64,000 nucleotides of DNA from Bacillota bacterium (GCA_012520795.1 JAAYNP010000006.1:4673-68672); one strand, 5' to 3'. Counted from the first letter of the stretch, positions 47,186-57,231 are shown. The notes: a model not told the origin generated them from the letters alone. Numbers and translations are program-made.

Positions 47186-48916
47186 ATGAAGATTGTACTT
47201 ACCACCTTGAATGCAAAATACACACATCACAATCTCGCTTTGCGTTATCTGCGTGCATACTGCGGCCCAGAGTTTCCCGGCCTGATTGTCAAGGAATACA
47301 ATATAAACCAGCAGTTGGGTTTGATTTTGTCAGAACTGGTTGATGAAAGCCCCGACATCTTGGGGTTTTCGTGTTATATTTGGAACATTGAGCAAACTCT
47401 GGTATTGATCTCTGACCTTAAGAAAGTACTGCCGGAAGTGACAATTGTCTTGGGTGGCCCGGAGGTTTCATATGACGCCCGGAACCTGATGGGCCGACAC
47501 CCACAAATCGATTACATCATTGCCGGTGAAGGCGAAGAACCGCTGCTGCGTCTGCTTAAGCTGTTGGAAGCCGGCGGGATACCCGCATTAGCGCAGTTAA
47601 ATGACATCCCGTCTTTGGTGTACCGCAGCGGTGGCCGGATTTATGCCAATCCCCAAATGACGATGGATTTGAGCAGGATCCCCAGCCCATACCAAAATTA
47701 TCTGGATGAATTGGAGCACAAGATTGTGTATTTTGAAACCAGCCGCGGCTGCCCGTTCCGATGCCAGTACTGTCTTTCTTCCCGGACTGGGAAAGTAAGG
47801 TATTTTCCCATGGAACAGGTGAAGGCCGATCTGCAACGGCTGGCAGGTCTGGGAATTGACCAGATTAGATTTGTTGATCGCACTTTTAACTGTCACCCAC
47901 AGCGAGCCCTGGAGTTGATCGAATTTATGAGTGAGCTGGAAACCAGGACTCGCTTTCAGTTGGAAATCGGAGGCGATCTCATTTCTGAGGAAATGGTTCA
48001 GCTGCTGGAGCATGCGCCTGTCAACCGGTTCCAATTCGAAATCGGTGTCCAATCCACCTATCCTGTTACGCTGCGGGAGATCGGCCGCAAGGCCAACCTT
48101 GACAAGCTGGCCTTCAACTGCCGCAAACTGCGGGAGCGGACCAGCGTACGTCTCCTACTGGATCTGATTGCTGGGCTGCCCGAGGAAGGTTACGAACGCT
48201 TTGGCCGTTCTTTCGATTTTGTCTATAATCTGAAACCAACCTATATCCAGCTGGGTTTCTTGAAGCTATTGAAGGGTTCGCGTTTGCGGGAACGGGTTGC
48301 GGAATTCGGCTGTCTGTTTACGGAGCAGGCTCCCTACGAGGTTCTGCAGACTAAGAGTATCAGTTATTCCGAGCTGGCTTTCCTGAAAAAAATCGAAGGG
48401 CTTGTTGAAAACTATTACAATTCCGGCCGGTTTCAATCCAGCCTGGACTACCTGATTGCCAGGGATTATGAGCGCCCGTTTTCGTTTTTTGAACATTTGG
48501 CAGGCAAATGGAAAGAAAACAACCTGCACCTGGTGTCCCACAGCCTGGCCAGTCTATACCGGCTGTTGTGGGAGATGATGGGAAACAAAGATCCGGTACT
48601 GTTAAGTTATTTACGGTTTGATTTCCGCCTGCATGAACGGAAACAGGCGACACCAAAGTGGATGCATGGAAAGCCCGCCAGCGAATTAAAGCGGCAGGTA
48701 ATCAAAGATGGAAGGGTTTTTCACTGTCTGCCGCATCTAAAGCCGCTGCAGCTTACATCGAGAGAATTAAGCAAACGATTTGCTGTAGAGATTTTTGATT
48801 ACAATGTATATCCCTGGCGGGCAAAGCCGGAACAGCAGAGGCAGATCCTGGTCTTTGACTACTCGCGGGACAACCAGGTTAAGGTTTATGATGCCACGCA
48901 GTGGGAATCCCGGTAA
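47186..48916 (+). CDS. B12-binding domain-containing radical SAM protein (DUF4080-type)
   Basis: N-terminal B12-binding domain. Radical SAM motif ETSRGCPFRCQYC. Confidence 0.8.
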   Translation: MKIVLTTLNAKYTHHNLALRYLRAYCGPEFPGLIVKEYNINQQLGLILSELVDESPDILGFSCYIWNIEQTLVLISDLKKVLPEVTIVLGGPEVSYDARNLMGRHPQIDYIIAGEGEEPLLRLLKLLEAGGIPALAQLNDIPSLVYRSGGRIYANPQMTMDLSRIPSPYQNYLDELEHKIVYFETSRGCPFRCQYCLSSRTGKVRYFPMEQVKADLQRLAGLGIDQIRFVDRTFNCHPQRALELIEFMSELETRTRFQLEIGGDLISEEMVQLLEHAPVNRFQFEIGVQSTYPVTLREIGRKANLDKLAFNCRKLRERTSVRLLLDLIAGLPEEGYERFGRSFDFVYNLKPTYIQLGFLKLLKGSRLRERVAEFGCLFTEQAPYEVLQTKSISYSELAFLKKIEGLVENYYNSGRFQSSLDYLIARDYERPFSFFEHLAGKWKENNLHLVSHSLASLYRLLWEMMGNKDPVLLSYLRFDFRLHERKQATPKWMHGKPASELKRQVIKDGRVFHCLPHLKPLQLTSRELSKRFAVEIFDYNVYPWRAKPEQQRQILVFDYSRDNQVKVYDATQWESR

Positions 48917-50252
48917 TCTTGGCAGTGGTTTCATCAAGGGCTACCAGATCAGAACGGTCCACCTGATCGATGGACGTCTTGCCAAGTGCCCGTACCCCTT
49001 CGGCTATCTCAAGGGTGCAGGATGTGATGTACTTGGCAAGCGATACAGCTCCCTGTTTCCATTTGAACCGGCGCTTGAATTTCCCTGTTTCCCAGACAAT
49101 TTGCGTTGGCGGCTCGAAGGGCAAGGCTGAAAACGATTGAAGATGGCTCATGGCAAACAAAGCCATAGATCCGATGTATACGGCATCTGCGCCTAAGGCA
49201 AGGGCTTTGAGCATGTCGCCTGGGTTGACGAAACCGCCGGAGGCAATTAAGCTGACTTGTCCCTTAAGGCCTTGTTTTTCAAGGTGGTTGACGGCACGGC
49301 ACAGGCCGGCAAGTGTCGGCAGCCCAAAATCATCTTCAATGATCGGTGGAGCTCCCTTGGTTGCAGCTGTAGTCCCTTCAAGGGCAAGCACATCGACACC
49401 GGCTTCAACCGCTAGGTCAATATCCTGTTCGATGGTGTTGGTAAAGGCCATTTTGATTCCGATTGGGACTCCGCCGGTGATTTCCCGCAGCCTGGTTACA
49501 AGTTTGGGAAAACCGGCAGGTTCCAAAAACTCCTGATGGTATGCATTAGTGATAAGGTCCATGTGTTTTTCCAGCTTCAGTTTGGGCAGCAGGTGGGGTG
49601 GAAGTTTGTTGGCAGGCGTGTAGTGGCTGATCCCGGCGATGGCTCCCTGTCCCAGCTGGATTTCGATCATATCAGCCTGCTTTAGGATTTCCGGTTCCTT
49701 GTTCCACCAGCCGCGGTTGTATTGGATGATTAGGTTGGCAGCCAGATCTCTTTCTTCCTGCAGCCAGATGCCCTCTCCGATATTGGTTGCTGTTCCAGCC
49801 ATGGCTGAAGTTTTGGCCAGTGCCAGTTTGGCTTCTTTGGAAAGTGCAAGGGCATAAGCCATACCGGAGATGATGATCGGGGTCGACAAAACAAGCGGTT
49901 TTTTACAGCGTTTGCCAATAACCGTAGTGGTATTGATTTTGGTGTGATGCGGAGTGGGCAGGCGGGTAAGGAAGACTGGGCTGAAGGCCAAACCGTCAAA
50001 GTTGATTGTTCTGCGGGGTGAGCCCAACGGCCGGTTAATCACCGCCCCTGCTTCTGCTCTCAAGTTTGCTTCCAAGATGTTTTGGATATCGGTACGATAT
50101 GTCGCGGAAAACAATTCGGTGATGTTTTCATGGTATAGATCAGCAGTGAGGATTTTGCCAACCTGTTTTGTTATTTGATGGGTAAGCATTCTTGTTCCGA
50201 CAAACAGTCCGGCAGCGCCGCCAAGGGTTGCCAGCAGCCATTTTTTGGTCAT
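48879..50252 (-). CDS. FMN-binding glutamate synthase family protein (GltS domain-2-like) with an N-terminal membrane anchor
   Basis: Motifs LEGTTAATKGAPP and ASGGFVNPGDMLKALALGADAVYIGS. Confidence 0.7.
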   Translation of the reverse strand: MTKKWLLATLGGAAGLFVGTRMLTHQITKQVGKILTADLYHENITELFSATYRTDIQNILEANLRAEAGAVINRPLGSPRRTINFDGLAFSPVFLTRLPTPHHTKINTTTVIGKRCKKPLVLSTPIIISGMAYALALSKEAKLALAKTSAMAGTATNIGEGIWLQEERDLAANLIIQYNRGWWNKEPEILKQADMIEIQLGQGAIAGISHYTPANKLPPHLLPKLKLEKHMDLITNAYHQEFLEPAGFPKLVTRLREITGGVPIGIKMAFTNTIEQDIDLAVEAGVDVLALEGTTAATKGAPPIIEDDFGLPTLAGLCRAVNHLEKQGLKGQVSLIASGGFVNPGDMLKALALGADAVYIGSMALFAMSHLQSFSALPFEPPTQIVWETGKFKRRFKWKQGAVSLAKYITSCTLEIAEGVRALGKTSIDQVDRSDLVALDETTAKITGIPTAWHHKP

Positions 50253-50395
50253 CATTCATAATCCACCTCAAAGTATATAGTGTCCGTTTGCAGTTCACTT
50301 CAAACGGAGTTCCAGGGGGAAGGATTTGGTTTAAGAAGTGCAGAATGCAAAGATATTGCGACCAGTCTCGGTCAGCAGGAAGGAGGGTTTCATCT

Positions 50396-50926
50396 GTGAA
50401 GGCTTGCCGCATGCCGATCGGGTTTGCTGTTGTGATACTGGTGTTCACAACAGTAGTGAAGGCTGAATCAGAAAGTGATGTTAGGTTTTGCGATCCGCAT
50501 CACCTGTTTCACGTAGTGATTCCCTCCGGATGGATCTTTCAAGCCGGCGAAAGCAGTTCGCACTTATTGGTGTTTTATGGCCCTGAACACGATCAGCTGA
50601 TTTATATTGAATATTTCCCGGAAATCGCTTTCAGCGATCCGATGGATTTCGCCGCCAATGTGCTCGAGCACTACAGTGCCGATTATGGCCTGCCCAAGTT
50701 CGAACTTGTCCGGGAACTTGAACCAATTGATCTGGGCGGGGTTAAAGCCGCTCTGGCAGAATATGATTATCTTGGGCGCATAGAAAGGACTGAGTGCCGG
50801 GTTTTTGTGATCATCGATCAGATTGGCTTGACCATTACCTTGAGTGAGGCAAAGCCGCATTATGCCGTCAGCAAAGCCCAATTTGATCTGATCCTTGCCG
50901 ATTGGGGCTGGGAGGTGAGCCCGTGA
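50396..50926 (+). CDS. hypothetical secreted protein
   Basis: GTG start 8 nt after aggaggg. Signal peptide MKACRMPIGFAVVILVFTTVVKA. Its stop overlaps the next gene's start (GTGA). Confidence 0.45.
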   Translation: MKACRMPIGFAVVILVFTTVVKAESESDVRFCDPHHLFHVVIPSGWIFQAGESSSHLLVFYGPEHDQLIYIEYFPEIAFSDPMDFAANVLEHYSADYGLPKFELVRELEPIDLGGVKAALAEYDYLGRIERTECRVFVIIDQIGLTITLSEAKPHYAVSKAQFDLILADWGWEVSP

Positions 50927-52290
50927 GATTATTGGTCTTTTTGGCGGTGGGCGTGCTCCTGTTGGCAAGCGCTGCCTTTGCCAGCGACCAAAATTTGGTT
51001 ACTCGCTTTGAACGAGCTGTGGGTGAGTCTGTCAAAGAACAGCTGATTGCTACCTATGGCGGCAAAGCTCAAATCCCGCTCCATGAACATTTGAAACTGG
51101 AGGCAATCTTTAACCGGCTCACGTCGGTTGTCAGTGGAAATGAGGACTATTCACTAACTATACTGGACAGCTACGAAATCAATGCTTTCTCACTTCCCGG
51201 CGGCTATATTTTTCTCACCAAGGGTTTGTTGAAACTGGCCGGCAGTGATGAGCAGCGCATCGCCGGAGCGCTGGCCCATGAAATCGCCCATGTTGCCAAC
51301 AAACACGGTATGAATGCTCTCTGGCGCCGGCTGGGCCTTAGTGTACTGTTGGAAGTGGGCAAATTTGTGCTGGAGGTGACCATGACCGAGGCTGTCCATG
51401 CTGCAACCCAGGCATTGATTGATGTGCTGCAGTCGGGATACAGCCGGGAAGCAGAACTGGAAGCAGATTACCACGCCCAGAAATACATGATGATGGCAGG
51501 ATTTGATCCGGCGGGTCTTATTCATGTATTGTCCGATTTGCAAAGGCTGCCCCAGTCTCAAGAGGTGGGAGCGGTTTTTAGATCTCACCCGGATCCAGGC
51601 ATTCGGATTCAACAGTTGCTGGAAACACTCAGTGATTACTGGCTTTCGCCACAGCCGATAGCAGGAAATGTGGAAGCCGCCGAACCCAAGCGCGGAGATC
51701 CCTTGAACCGGTTCCTGATTGTGGACAGGAGTCCCGGCGGGGAAACCACAGCCCGATCATACACACTCTATGATCAGCAGAACCAGGACTTTGTGGGATG
51801 GCTTGATGGATTGACCGTCAATGATTTGGCTTTTGCCCCTGATGGGTCACTTATTGCCGCAGGGGTCTGGGAAAAGGGCATAGGTGATGTATGGATCTGG
51901 AACCGGCAAGGCAAAGTGGTTGAGCGCTGGAAACTGGGCTACACCAGTCCAATTGACAACCTGCACTTCGATCCCTCAAGTTCCATGCTTGTTTATCAGC
52001 TGAGAAACATGAACGGGGTTGAGATCTGGGTTGGATATCTTGGTGAGGTAACCCGGCTGAAATTGAGCTGCAGGCTGGATGCGGAACTCGTGGCTTGGCA
52101 GGAATCAGGGCTTGTACTAAAAGACAGAGCCGGCAGCTATTACCGGATTCAAGCACCACGGGCAGAGCCGATCAGGCTCGCTGATCCAATTCCTCAAGTC
52201 ATTGAACGCAAACAGCGGCTAGTACCCCAGGTTGGGCAGGATGCCAATGGCTTATTCCGGCTTACTCCTCCGGGAAACTCAGGTTTCTAA
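50923..52290 (+). CDS. M48 family metallopeptidase with a C-terminal beta-rich (propeller-like) domain
   Basis: Signal peptide. HEIAHVANKH zinc motif and the downstream EAD. The roughly 200-aa C-terminal region is beta-rich rather than TPR. Confidence 0.65.
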   Translation: MRLLVFLAVGVLLLASAAFASDQNLVTRFERAVGESVKEQLIATYGGKAQIPLHEHLKLEAIFNRLTSVVSGNEDYSLTILDSYEINAFSLPGGYIFLTKGLLKLAGSDEQRIAGALAHEIAHVANKHGMNALWRRLGLSVLLEVGKFVLEVTMTEAVHAATQALIDVLQSGYSREAELEADYHAQKYMMMAGFDPAGLIHVLSDLQRLPQSQEVGAVFRSHPDPGIRIQQLLETLSDYWLSPQPIAGNVEAAEPKRGDPLNRFLIVDRSPGGETTARSYTLYDQQNQDFVGWLDGLTVNDLAFAPDGSLIAAGVWEKGIGDVWIWNRQGKVVERWKLGYTSPIDNLHFDPSSSMLVYQLRNMNGVEIWVGYLGEVTRLKLSCRLDAELVAWQESGLVLKDRAGSYYRIQAPRAEPIRLADPIPQVIERKQRLVPQVGQDANGLFRLTPPGNSGF

Positions 52291-52329
52291 TGTATTATAA
52301 TTAAAGCACTATTGGAAAGGTGGTCTGTC

Positions 52330-53025
52330 ATGAAGAAATCATTTACTTTGGCCTACTGCATGATGATTATTCTAGCTGCGGCAGTTCAGGCTCAAGAGTT
52401 GTCGTTTCAGCATTTGGCCGCCAATGTTGAACAGCGATTGAACAGCATTTTTGACTTGCATGCTGTTATTGATCTGGAAATCGTTCAACAGGGCCAGGTT
52501 GTGATTACCACTTTCGATCTACAGTCTGGTAAGGAACAGAAACTGACGCGGCTGGAAGTGCTGGCTCCAGAGCTGGCAGCCGGCCAGATCTATCTCTTTG
52601 ATTTGGAAAACAACCAAATGAGTATCTATATACCCATGGCGGAACAGATTATCTTACAGCCTTTGGCTGGTGCCGCAGGCACATTTGGGCTGAGCCTTGA
52701 CTTTGCCAATATGGATCAATTCCTCAGCCTTGAGGATATCAAAGGTGAGATTGAAGAAGTTCTCACAACTGAACAGGGAGTGACCTACAAGGTAAAAGTG
52801 ACTGACCTTGATCAGCAAGCCCTGTTTCTCTCATCTGCATCCACCAATCCGGACCTTGCGGTGCAGTATGTGTGGGTCGATGCCAACTTTATTCCCTATA
52901 GGATGGAGTATTATGAGGGGGATGTGTGCCTGGGCAAAATGTTGATCCGCGAGTACGAGTTGAATGCCGGCATCACTGCCGAGCAGCTGCGCACTTTGCC
53001 TGATGTCCCAGTCTTACAGTTTTAG
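52330..53025 (+). CDS. outer-membrane lipoprotein-sorting protein-like (LolA/LppX fold) protein
   Basis: Signal peptide. Size and pattern fit LolA-like/DUF4367 proteins. Low certainty. Confidence 0.45.
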   Translation: MKKSFTLAYCMMIILAAAVQAQELSFQHLAANVEQRLNSIFDLHAVIDLEIVQQGQVVITTFDLQSGKEQKLTRLEVLAPELAAGQIYLFDLENNQMSIYIPMAEQIILQPLAGAAGTFGLSLDFANMDQFLSLEDIKGEIEEVLTTEQGVTYKVKVTDLDQQALFLSSASTNPDLAVQYVWVDANFIPYRMEYYEGDVCLGKMLIREYELNAGITAEQLRTLPDVPVLQF

Positions 53026-53037
53026 GGAGGAGTGTGG

Positions 53038-53802
53038 ATGCTTAAAAACGGAAAGATTCTAGTGGTTTTCATTGGCCTCGTATGTATCGTTCTGCTGCCG
53101 TCTGCTGTGGTTCAGGCGGAAGCGCGGTTTATCGTCGGTTACACTGGCGATGATTGGTTTGCCGGGATTCAAGGGGAGCATAGATCCAGGAGCCTGATGG
53201 GCTTTATAGGCTATCAGGAGGATGTCGTTTCCGGGCTGGTGGCACTGACGAACCAGGCGCCGAAACCTCTCGGGTATGTTCAAGCCGGAAGGGAAGTATT
53301 CCTGGGTAACATCAAGTATTCAGTCGAGGCTTATGGCGGCAATCCAGATTTTCACACTGATCTTCTTGCAGGAAACAGGTTAGGAATAAGGGGTGAATAC
53401 AAACAACAGACTGGAAAACAAGCTTACGGAATCGCAGGGGAACTGAATCTGCTAGGCAAACCCACGCTTAAGCTGGTGCCTTATCTAGAATGGCGCAGCA
53501 CTGGAGTGTTGAAGGCTCATTTGGAAGCAGGAACTGAGTCCATTGCTGTTGGTTTGGATTATGGCTTTGCCCTGAGCCCCCAAGCTCAGGCTGGTGTTTT
53601 CGCTGCGTATGACTTTAAGAACAAAGCTTTGGACTATGGAGCCAGGCTTACCTTTGCTGGTGGCACCTTGACCGGAGCTGTGAACACGGAGACTGGGATG
53701 AGCCTGGGGTTGGCTTGGAAAGGAGCTGAATGTCCTTTCGCAGCTGGCATTAGATGGCAGCAAAAAGTACAGTGGTATGCAAGTTATACCTGGAAGATGT
53801 GA
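53038..53802 (+). CDS. hypothetical exported beta-rich protein (possible small outer-membrane beta-barrel)
   Basis: Signal peptide and alternating hydrophobic beta-strand-like segments (AGVFAAYDF, LTFAGGTLTGAV, GMSLGLAWK). Confidence 0.4.
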   Translation: MLKNGKILVVFIGLVCIVLLPSAVVQAEARFIVGYTGDDWFAGIQGEHRSRSLMGFIGYQEDVVSGLVALTNQAPKPLGYVQAGREVFLGNIKYSVEAYGGNPDFHTDLLAGNRLGIRGEYKQQTGKQAYGIAGELNLLGKPTLKLVPYLEWRSTGVLKAHLEAGTESIAVGLDYGFALSPQAQAGVFAAYDFKNKALDYGARLTFAGGTLTGAVNTETGMSLGLAWKGAECPFAAGIRWQQKVQWYASYTWKM

Positions 53803-53814
53803 GGGCAATCTTTG

Positions 53815-53843
53815 TTGCTTTGTCAGTGAGCTTGAGTTATAAT
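53815..53843 (+). promoter_or_regulatory. sigma-A promoter TTGCTT-17-TATAAT upstream of the trmL-rnf operon
   Basis: -35 at 53815-53820 and perfect -10 at 53838-53843. Confidence 0.5.
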
Positions 53844-53882
53844 TAACTTTGGTATTGAGTATTAAAGGGGAACCGAAGCCAA

Positions 53883-54344
53883 GTGCATATAGCGTTGTTT
53901 GAGCCTGAAATCCCTGCCAATACAGGTAACATTGCCCGATTGTGCGCGGTTACAGCCTGCCGCTTGCACCTGATTCGGCCGTTAGGCTTTTTCCTGGATG
54001 ACAAGCGGCTCAAGCGTGCTGGCCTCGATTATTGGGACAAGGTAGACTTGCAGGTCCATGACAGCTGGAATGATTTCCTGAGAACCGGGGCAGCTCGCAG
54101 GCTGGTTTTTGTTGAAACCGGCAGCAGTAAGCTGTACACGGAGGTCCAATATCAAGCCGATGATTGCCTCGTTTTTGGGAGCGAAACAAAAGGGCTTCCT
54201 CTTGAGGTGCTTAGAGATTGTCCCGACAATCACATTTCGGTCCCCATGGTTAACCCTCGCTCCTTGAATTTGGCCAATACGGTTGCCATCGTTTTATATG
54301 AAGCATGGCGGCAGCTGGGTTTCATAAACGTTTTAGGTAAGTGA
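53883..54344 (+). CDS. trmL: tRNA (cytidine/uridine-2'-O-)-methyltransferase TrmL (SpoU family)
   Basis: 153 aa SPOUT fold with NTGNIAR and GSETKGL motifs. Confidence 0.7.
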   Translation: MHIALFEPEIPANTGNIARLCAVTACRLHLIRPLGFFLDDKRLKRAGLDYWDKVDLQVHDSWNDFLRTGAARRLVFVETGSSKLYTEVQYQADDCLVFGSETKGLPLEVLRDCPDNHISVPMVNPRSLNLANTVAIVLYEAWRQLGFINVLGK

Positions 54345-54370
54345 AGTAAGAAACGGGTTTGAGGTGAGTA

Positions 54371-55696
54371 ATGGTGAACTTAAAGAACTTTAGAGGTGGC
54401 GTGCATCCGGAATACAACAAGCACATCACCAGCGACAAACCGATCAAGGTTTTACCAGCGCCAAAAGAGGTAGTGATTCCACTTGCCCAACATGCCGGCG
54501 CTCCAGCTGAACCGCTCGTGAAAAAGGGTGACTCAGTCCTACTGGGCCAGGAAATAGGCAGTTCGGCCGAGCCTATCTCTGCTGCTGTACATACATCCGT
54601 TTCCGGGACTGTGCTGGCAGTGGAGCCAAGGCCGTCTATTAATGGGCGGGAAGTACTGTCCGTGGTCATTGAAAATGATGGGCAGGATGCCAAGGCCCCA
54701 ATGACCGGGCACGACGATCCGATCCAACTACCCAGAGAAGAAATTAGAAAGAGGATAGAGGCTGCCGGGATAGTAGGTCTGGGTGGTGCGGCTTTTCCCA
54801 CCGCGGCCAAATTGAGTCCGCCCCGGGGTTGCAAAATAGAGTACCTGCTGATCAACGGCAGCGAGTGTGAACCGTACCTGACTGCCGATCAAAAACTAAT
54901 GGAAGAATACACAGAAGATGTGGTTTTAGGAGCCAAGCTGCTGGCAAAGGCATGCGGCGCCGAAAAAACAATCATTGCCATTGAAGCCAACAAACCGGAG
55001 GCGCTGCGGAAAATGAAGGCACTGGCTGGATCAAATGCCATTGAGGTCGTGGCTCTGGCAGTCAAATATCCGGCTGGTGGTGAAAAACAGCTTATTAAGG
55101 CAGTGCTTAACCGGGAAGTTCCAGCGCATGGCTTACCGGCACAGTGCGGAGCCCTTGTTCATAACGTAGGGACTGCCTGGGCTGCGGCCAAAGCGTGCAG
55201 GCATGGGCAACCTCTGATTGAGCGGGTGATTACAGTTACCGGTGATGGAGTCAAAGCACCCGCCAATTACCTCGTGCGAATAGGAACACCGTTTAGGGAT
55301 ATAATTGCTGCGGCAGGCGGTTTTGCCGGCGAACCGGGGAAAGTGATTGCCGGCGGCCCTATGATGGGTTTGGCCCAGTTCGATCTCAATGTGCCCATAG
55401 TCAAAGGTGTGTCTGGAATTCTGGTCCTTTCGGACAAGGTTGCCAACGAATTTGATCCCATGCCTTGCATCAAATGTGCGCGCTGTGTCGATGTATGCCC
55501 GGTCTATTTGATGCCGGTCACAATTGAGAAGTATGCAATGAACGCCATGTGGGACGAGGCTGAAGACTATGGTGCCATGGATTGCATTGAGTGTGGATGC
55601 TGCACTTATATCTGTCCTTCGAAGCGCGCCCTGTTGAGTTGGATCAGACTGGCAAAAACTGAGATTGTGGAAGCGCACAGTCGCCATAGTAGCTAA
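54371..55696 (+). CDS. rnfC: electron transport complex subunit RnfC
   Basis: NADH-binding domain plus two CxxCxxCxxxCP ferredoxin motifs near the C-terminus. Confidence 0.85.
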   Translation: MVNLKNFRGGVHPEYNKHITSDKPIKVLPAPKEVVIPLAQHAGAPAEPLVKKGDSVLLGQEIGSSAEPISAAVHTSVSGTVLAVEPRPSINGREVLSVVIENDGQDAKAPMTGHDDPIQLPREEIRKRIEAAGIVGLGGAAFPTAAKLSPPRGCKIEYLLINGSECEPYLTADQKLMEEYTEDVVLGAKLLAKACGAEKTIIAIEANKPEALRKMKALAGSNAIEVVALAVKYPAGGEKQLIKAVLNREVPAHGLPAQCGALVHNVGTAWAAAKACRHGQPLIERVITVTGDGVKAPANYLVRIGTPFRDIIAAAGGFAGEPGKVIAGGPMMGLAQFDLNVPIVKGVSGILVLSDKVANEFDPMPCIKCARCVDVCPVYLMPVTIEKYAMNAMWDEAEDYGAMDCIECGCCTYICPSKRALLSWIRLAKTEIVEAHSRHSS

Positions 55697-55714
55697 TAGT
55701 TAGGAGGATCGACA

Positions 55715-56629
55715 GTGGAAGATTCACGCTTAGTGCTTTCGCCCTCACCGCATGTGCGCGATGAGGACACGACGCAGAAGATTATGCTGACTGTTGTAGC
55801 GGCGTTGATACCGGTATGGGCTGCTGCAACTTATTTCTTTGGGTTCAACAGCATCCGCTTGGTGTTTGTAAGTATCATAGCTGCGGTTGGATCTGAAGCA
55901 GTATTTTTGGCCCTCAGGCGCAAGCCGGTTACCGTATGGGACGGCAGCGCATTAGTAACGGGAATGCTGTTGGGGTTGAGTTTACCCCCAACACTGCCGA
56001 CATGGATGGCTGTTCTGGGTTCGTTTGTTGCGATCGTAATCGGCAAACAGGTTTTCGGGGGGCTTGGCGCCAACCCTTTTAATCCGGCTTTGGTGGGCCG
56101 GGCTGTCTTGGCAGCTTCGTTCACTTCACAGATGACTGCCTGGACCATGCCGTTTACGGATGCGGTTACGAGCGCCACGCCACTGGTGAGCGGACAAGCA
56201 TCGTACGCCGAATTGTTTTTCGGTACTGTGCCCGGCTCTTTGGGTGAGACTTCGGCGCTTGCCATTCTCTTAGGCGGAGTGCTCCTGTTTTACAGGGGGA
56301 TTTTGGATTACCGTATCCCAGTTGGTTTTATCGGTACAACCGCCATTTTATCTTTCGTTTTTGGACAAGACGTGGTTTACCAGCTGCTCAGCGGCAGCCT
56401 TCTGTTTGGGGCCGTCTTCATGGCTACCGATATGGTTACATCACCGATAACTCCCGTGGGGCGGTGGGTTTTTGGGGTTGGCTGCGGCTTGGTTTTGGTT
56501 GTAATCAGGTTCTGGGGCAGTTTGCCTGAAGGGTTGACCTACAGCATCCTGGTGATGAATGCATTTACACCGTTGATCAATCGCTGGACACGTCCCCGGA
56601 TTTATGGCCAGGTGGTGAAGCAGGTATGA
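55715..56629 (+). CDS. rnfD: electron transport complex subunit RnfD
   Basis: Polytopic membrane protein of the NqrB/RnfD family. GTG start after aggagg. Confidence 0.85.
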   Translation: MEDSRLVLSPSPHVRDEDTTQKIMLTVVAALIPVWAAATYFFGFNSIRLVFVSIIAAVGSEAVFLALRRKPVTVWDGSALVTGMLLGLSLPPTLPTWMAVLGSFVAIVIGKQVFGGLGANPFNPALVGRAVLAASFTSQMTAWTMPFTDAVTSATPLVSGQASYAELFFGTVPGSLGETSALAILLGGVLLFYRGILDYRIPVGFIGTTAILSFVFGQDVVYQLLSGSLLFGAVFMATDMVTSPITPVGRWVFGVGCGLVLVVIRFWGSLPEGLTYSILVMNAFTPLINRWTRPRIYGQVVKQV

Positions 56630-57231
56630 AGGAATCAGTCAGGATGGTCGTAGTTTTAACTGTGATTGCCATGGCTTCAGGGTTCATATTGGCACAGGTC
56701 TATCATTGGACTTATCCCACAATTCAACGCAATAGGGCACAAGCACTGGCCGGGAGTATTCTGGCAGTCTTGCCGGGTGCTGTCGAATTCAACGTAATTG
56801 AGGCGCATCCAGCAGGCGGCTTGGAAGATGATCCGACCACGCTGAGAAGCAAACCCGGCAGCGACAGTGATCCGCTGCTGTTGTACCAAGGGCTGGATGG
56901 AAACGGTAATCCTGTCGGTTTTGCGTTTGTCAGCGAGGGTGCAGGATACGGCGGGATTGTCAAGATCATGGTTGGGGTCGGTCAAACTGATCGATTGATT
57001 TCCGGTGTGGCAATCCTGGAGCATGCGGAAACACCAAATCTGGGCAGTAAGATCGAAGACGAAAGCTTCCGCAGCCAATTTGTGGGCAAAGGAATAGATG
57101 ATCCCATTGCCCTTGGGCAGGACATAGATAAGATTAGCGGCGCCACGGTATCTTCAAGAGCTGTGGCTGAGGCTGTCAGCCGGGATCTTGGCAGTGCTCT
57201 GCAAGCCTACAAGGAGGCGGCTAACCAATGA
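56626..57231 (+). CDS. rnfG: electron transport complex subunit RnfG
   Basis: FMN-attachment motif SGATVSS. Its start overlaps the rnfD stop. Confidence 0.85.
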   Translation: MKESVRMVVVLTVIAMASGFILAQVYHWTYPTIQRNRAQALAGSILAVLPGAVEFNVIEAHPAGGLEDDPTTLRSKPGSDSDPLLLYQGLDGNGNPVGFAFVSEGAGYGGIVKIMVGVGQTDRLISGVAILEHAETPNLGSKIEDESFRSQFVGKGIDDPIALGQDIDKISGATVSSRAVAEAVSRDLGSALQAYKEAANQ

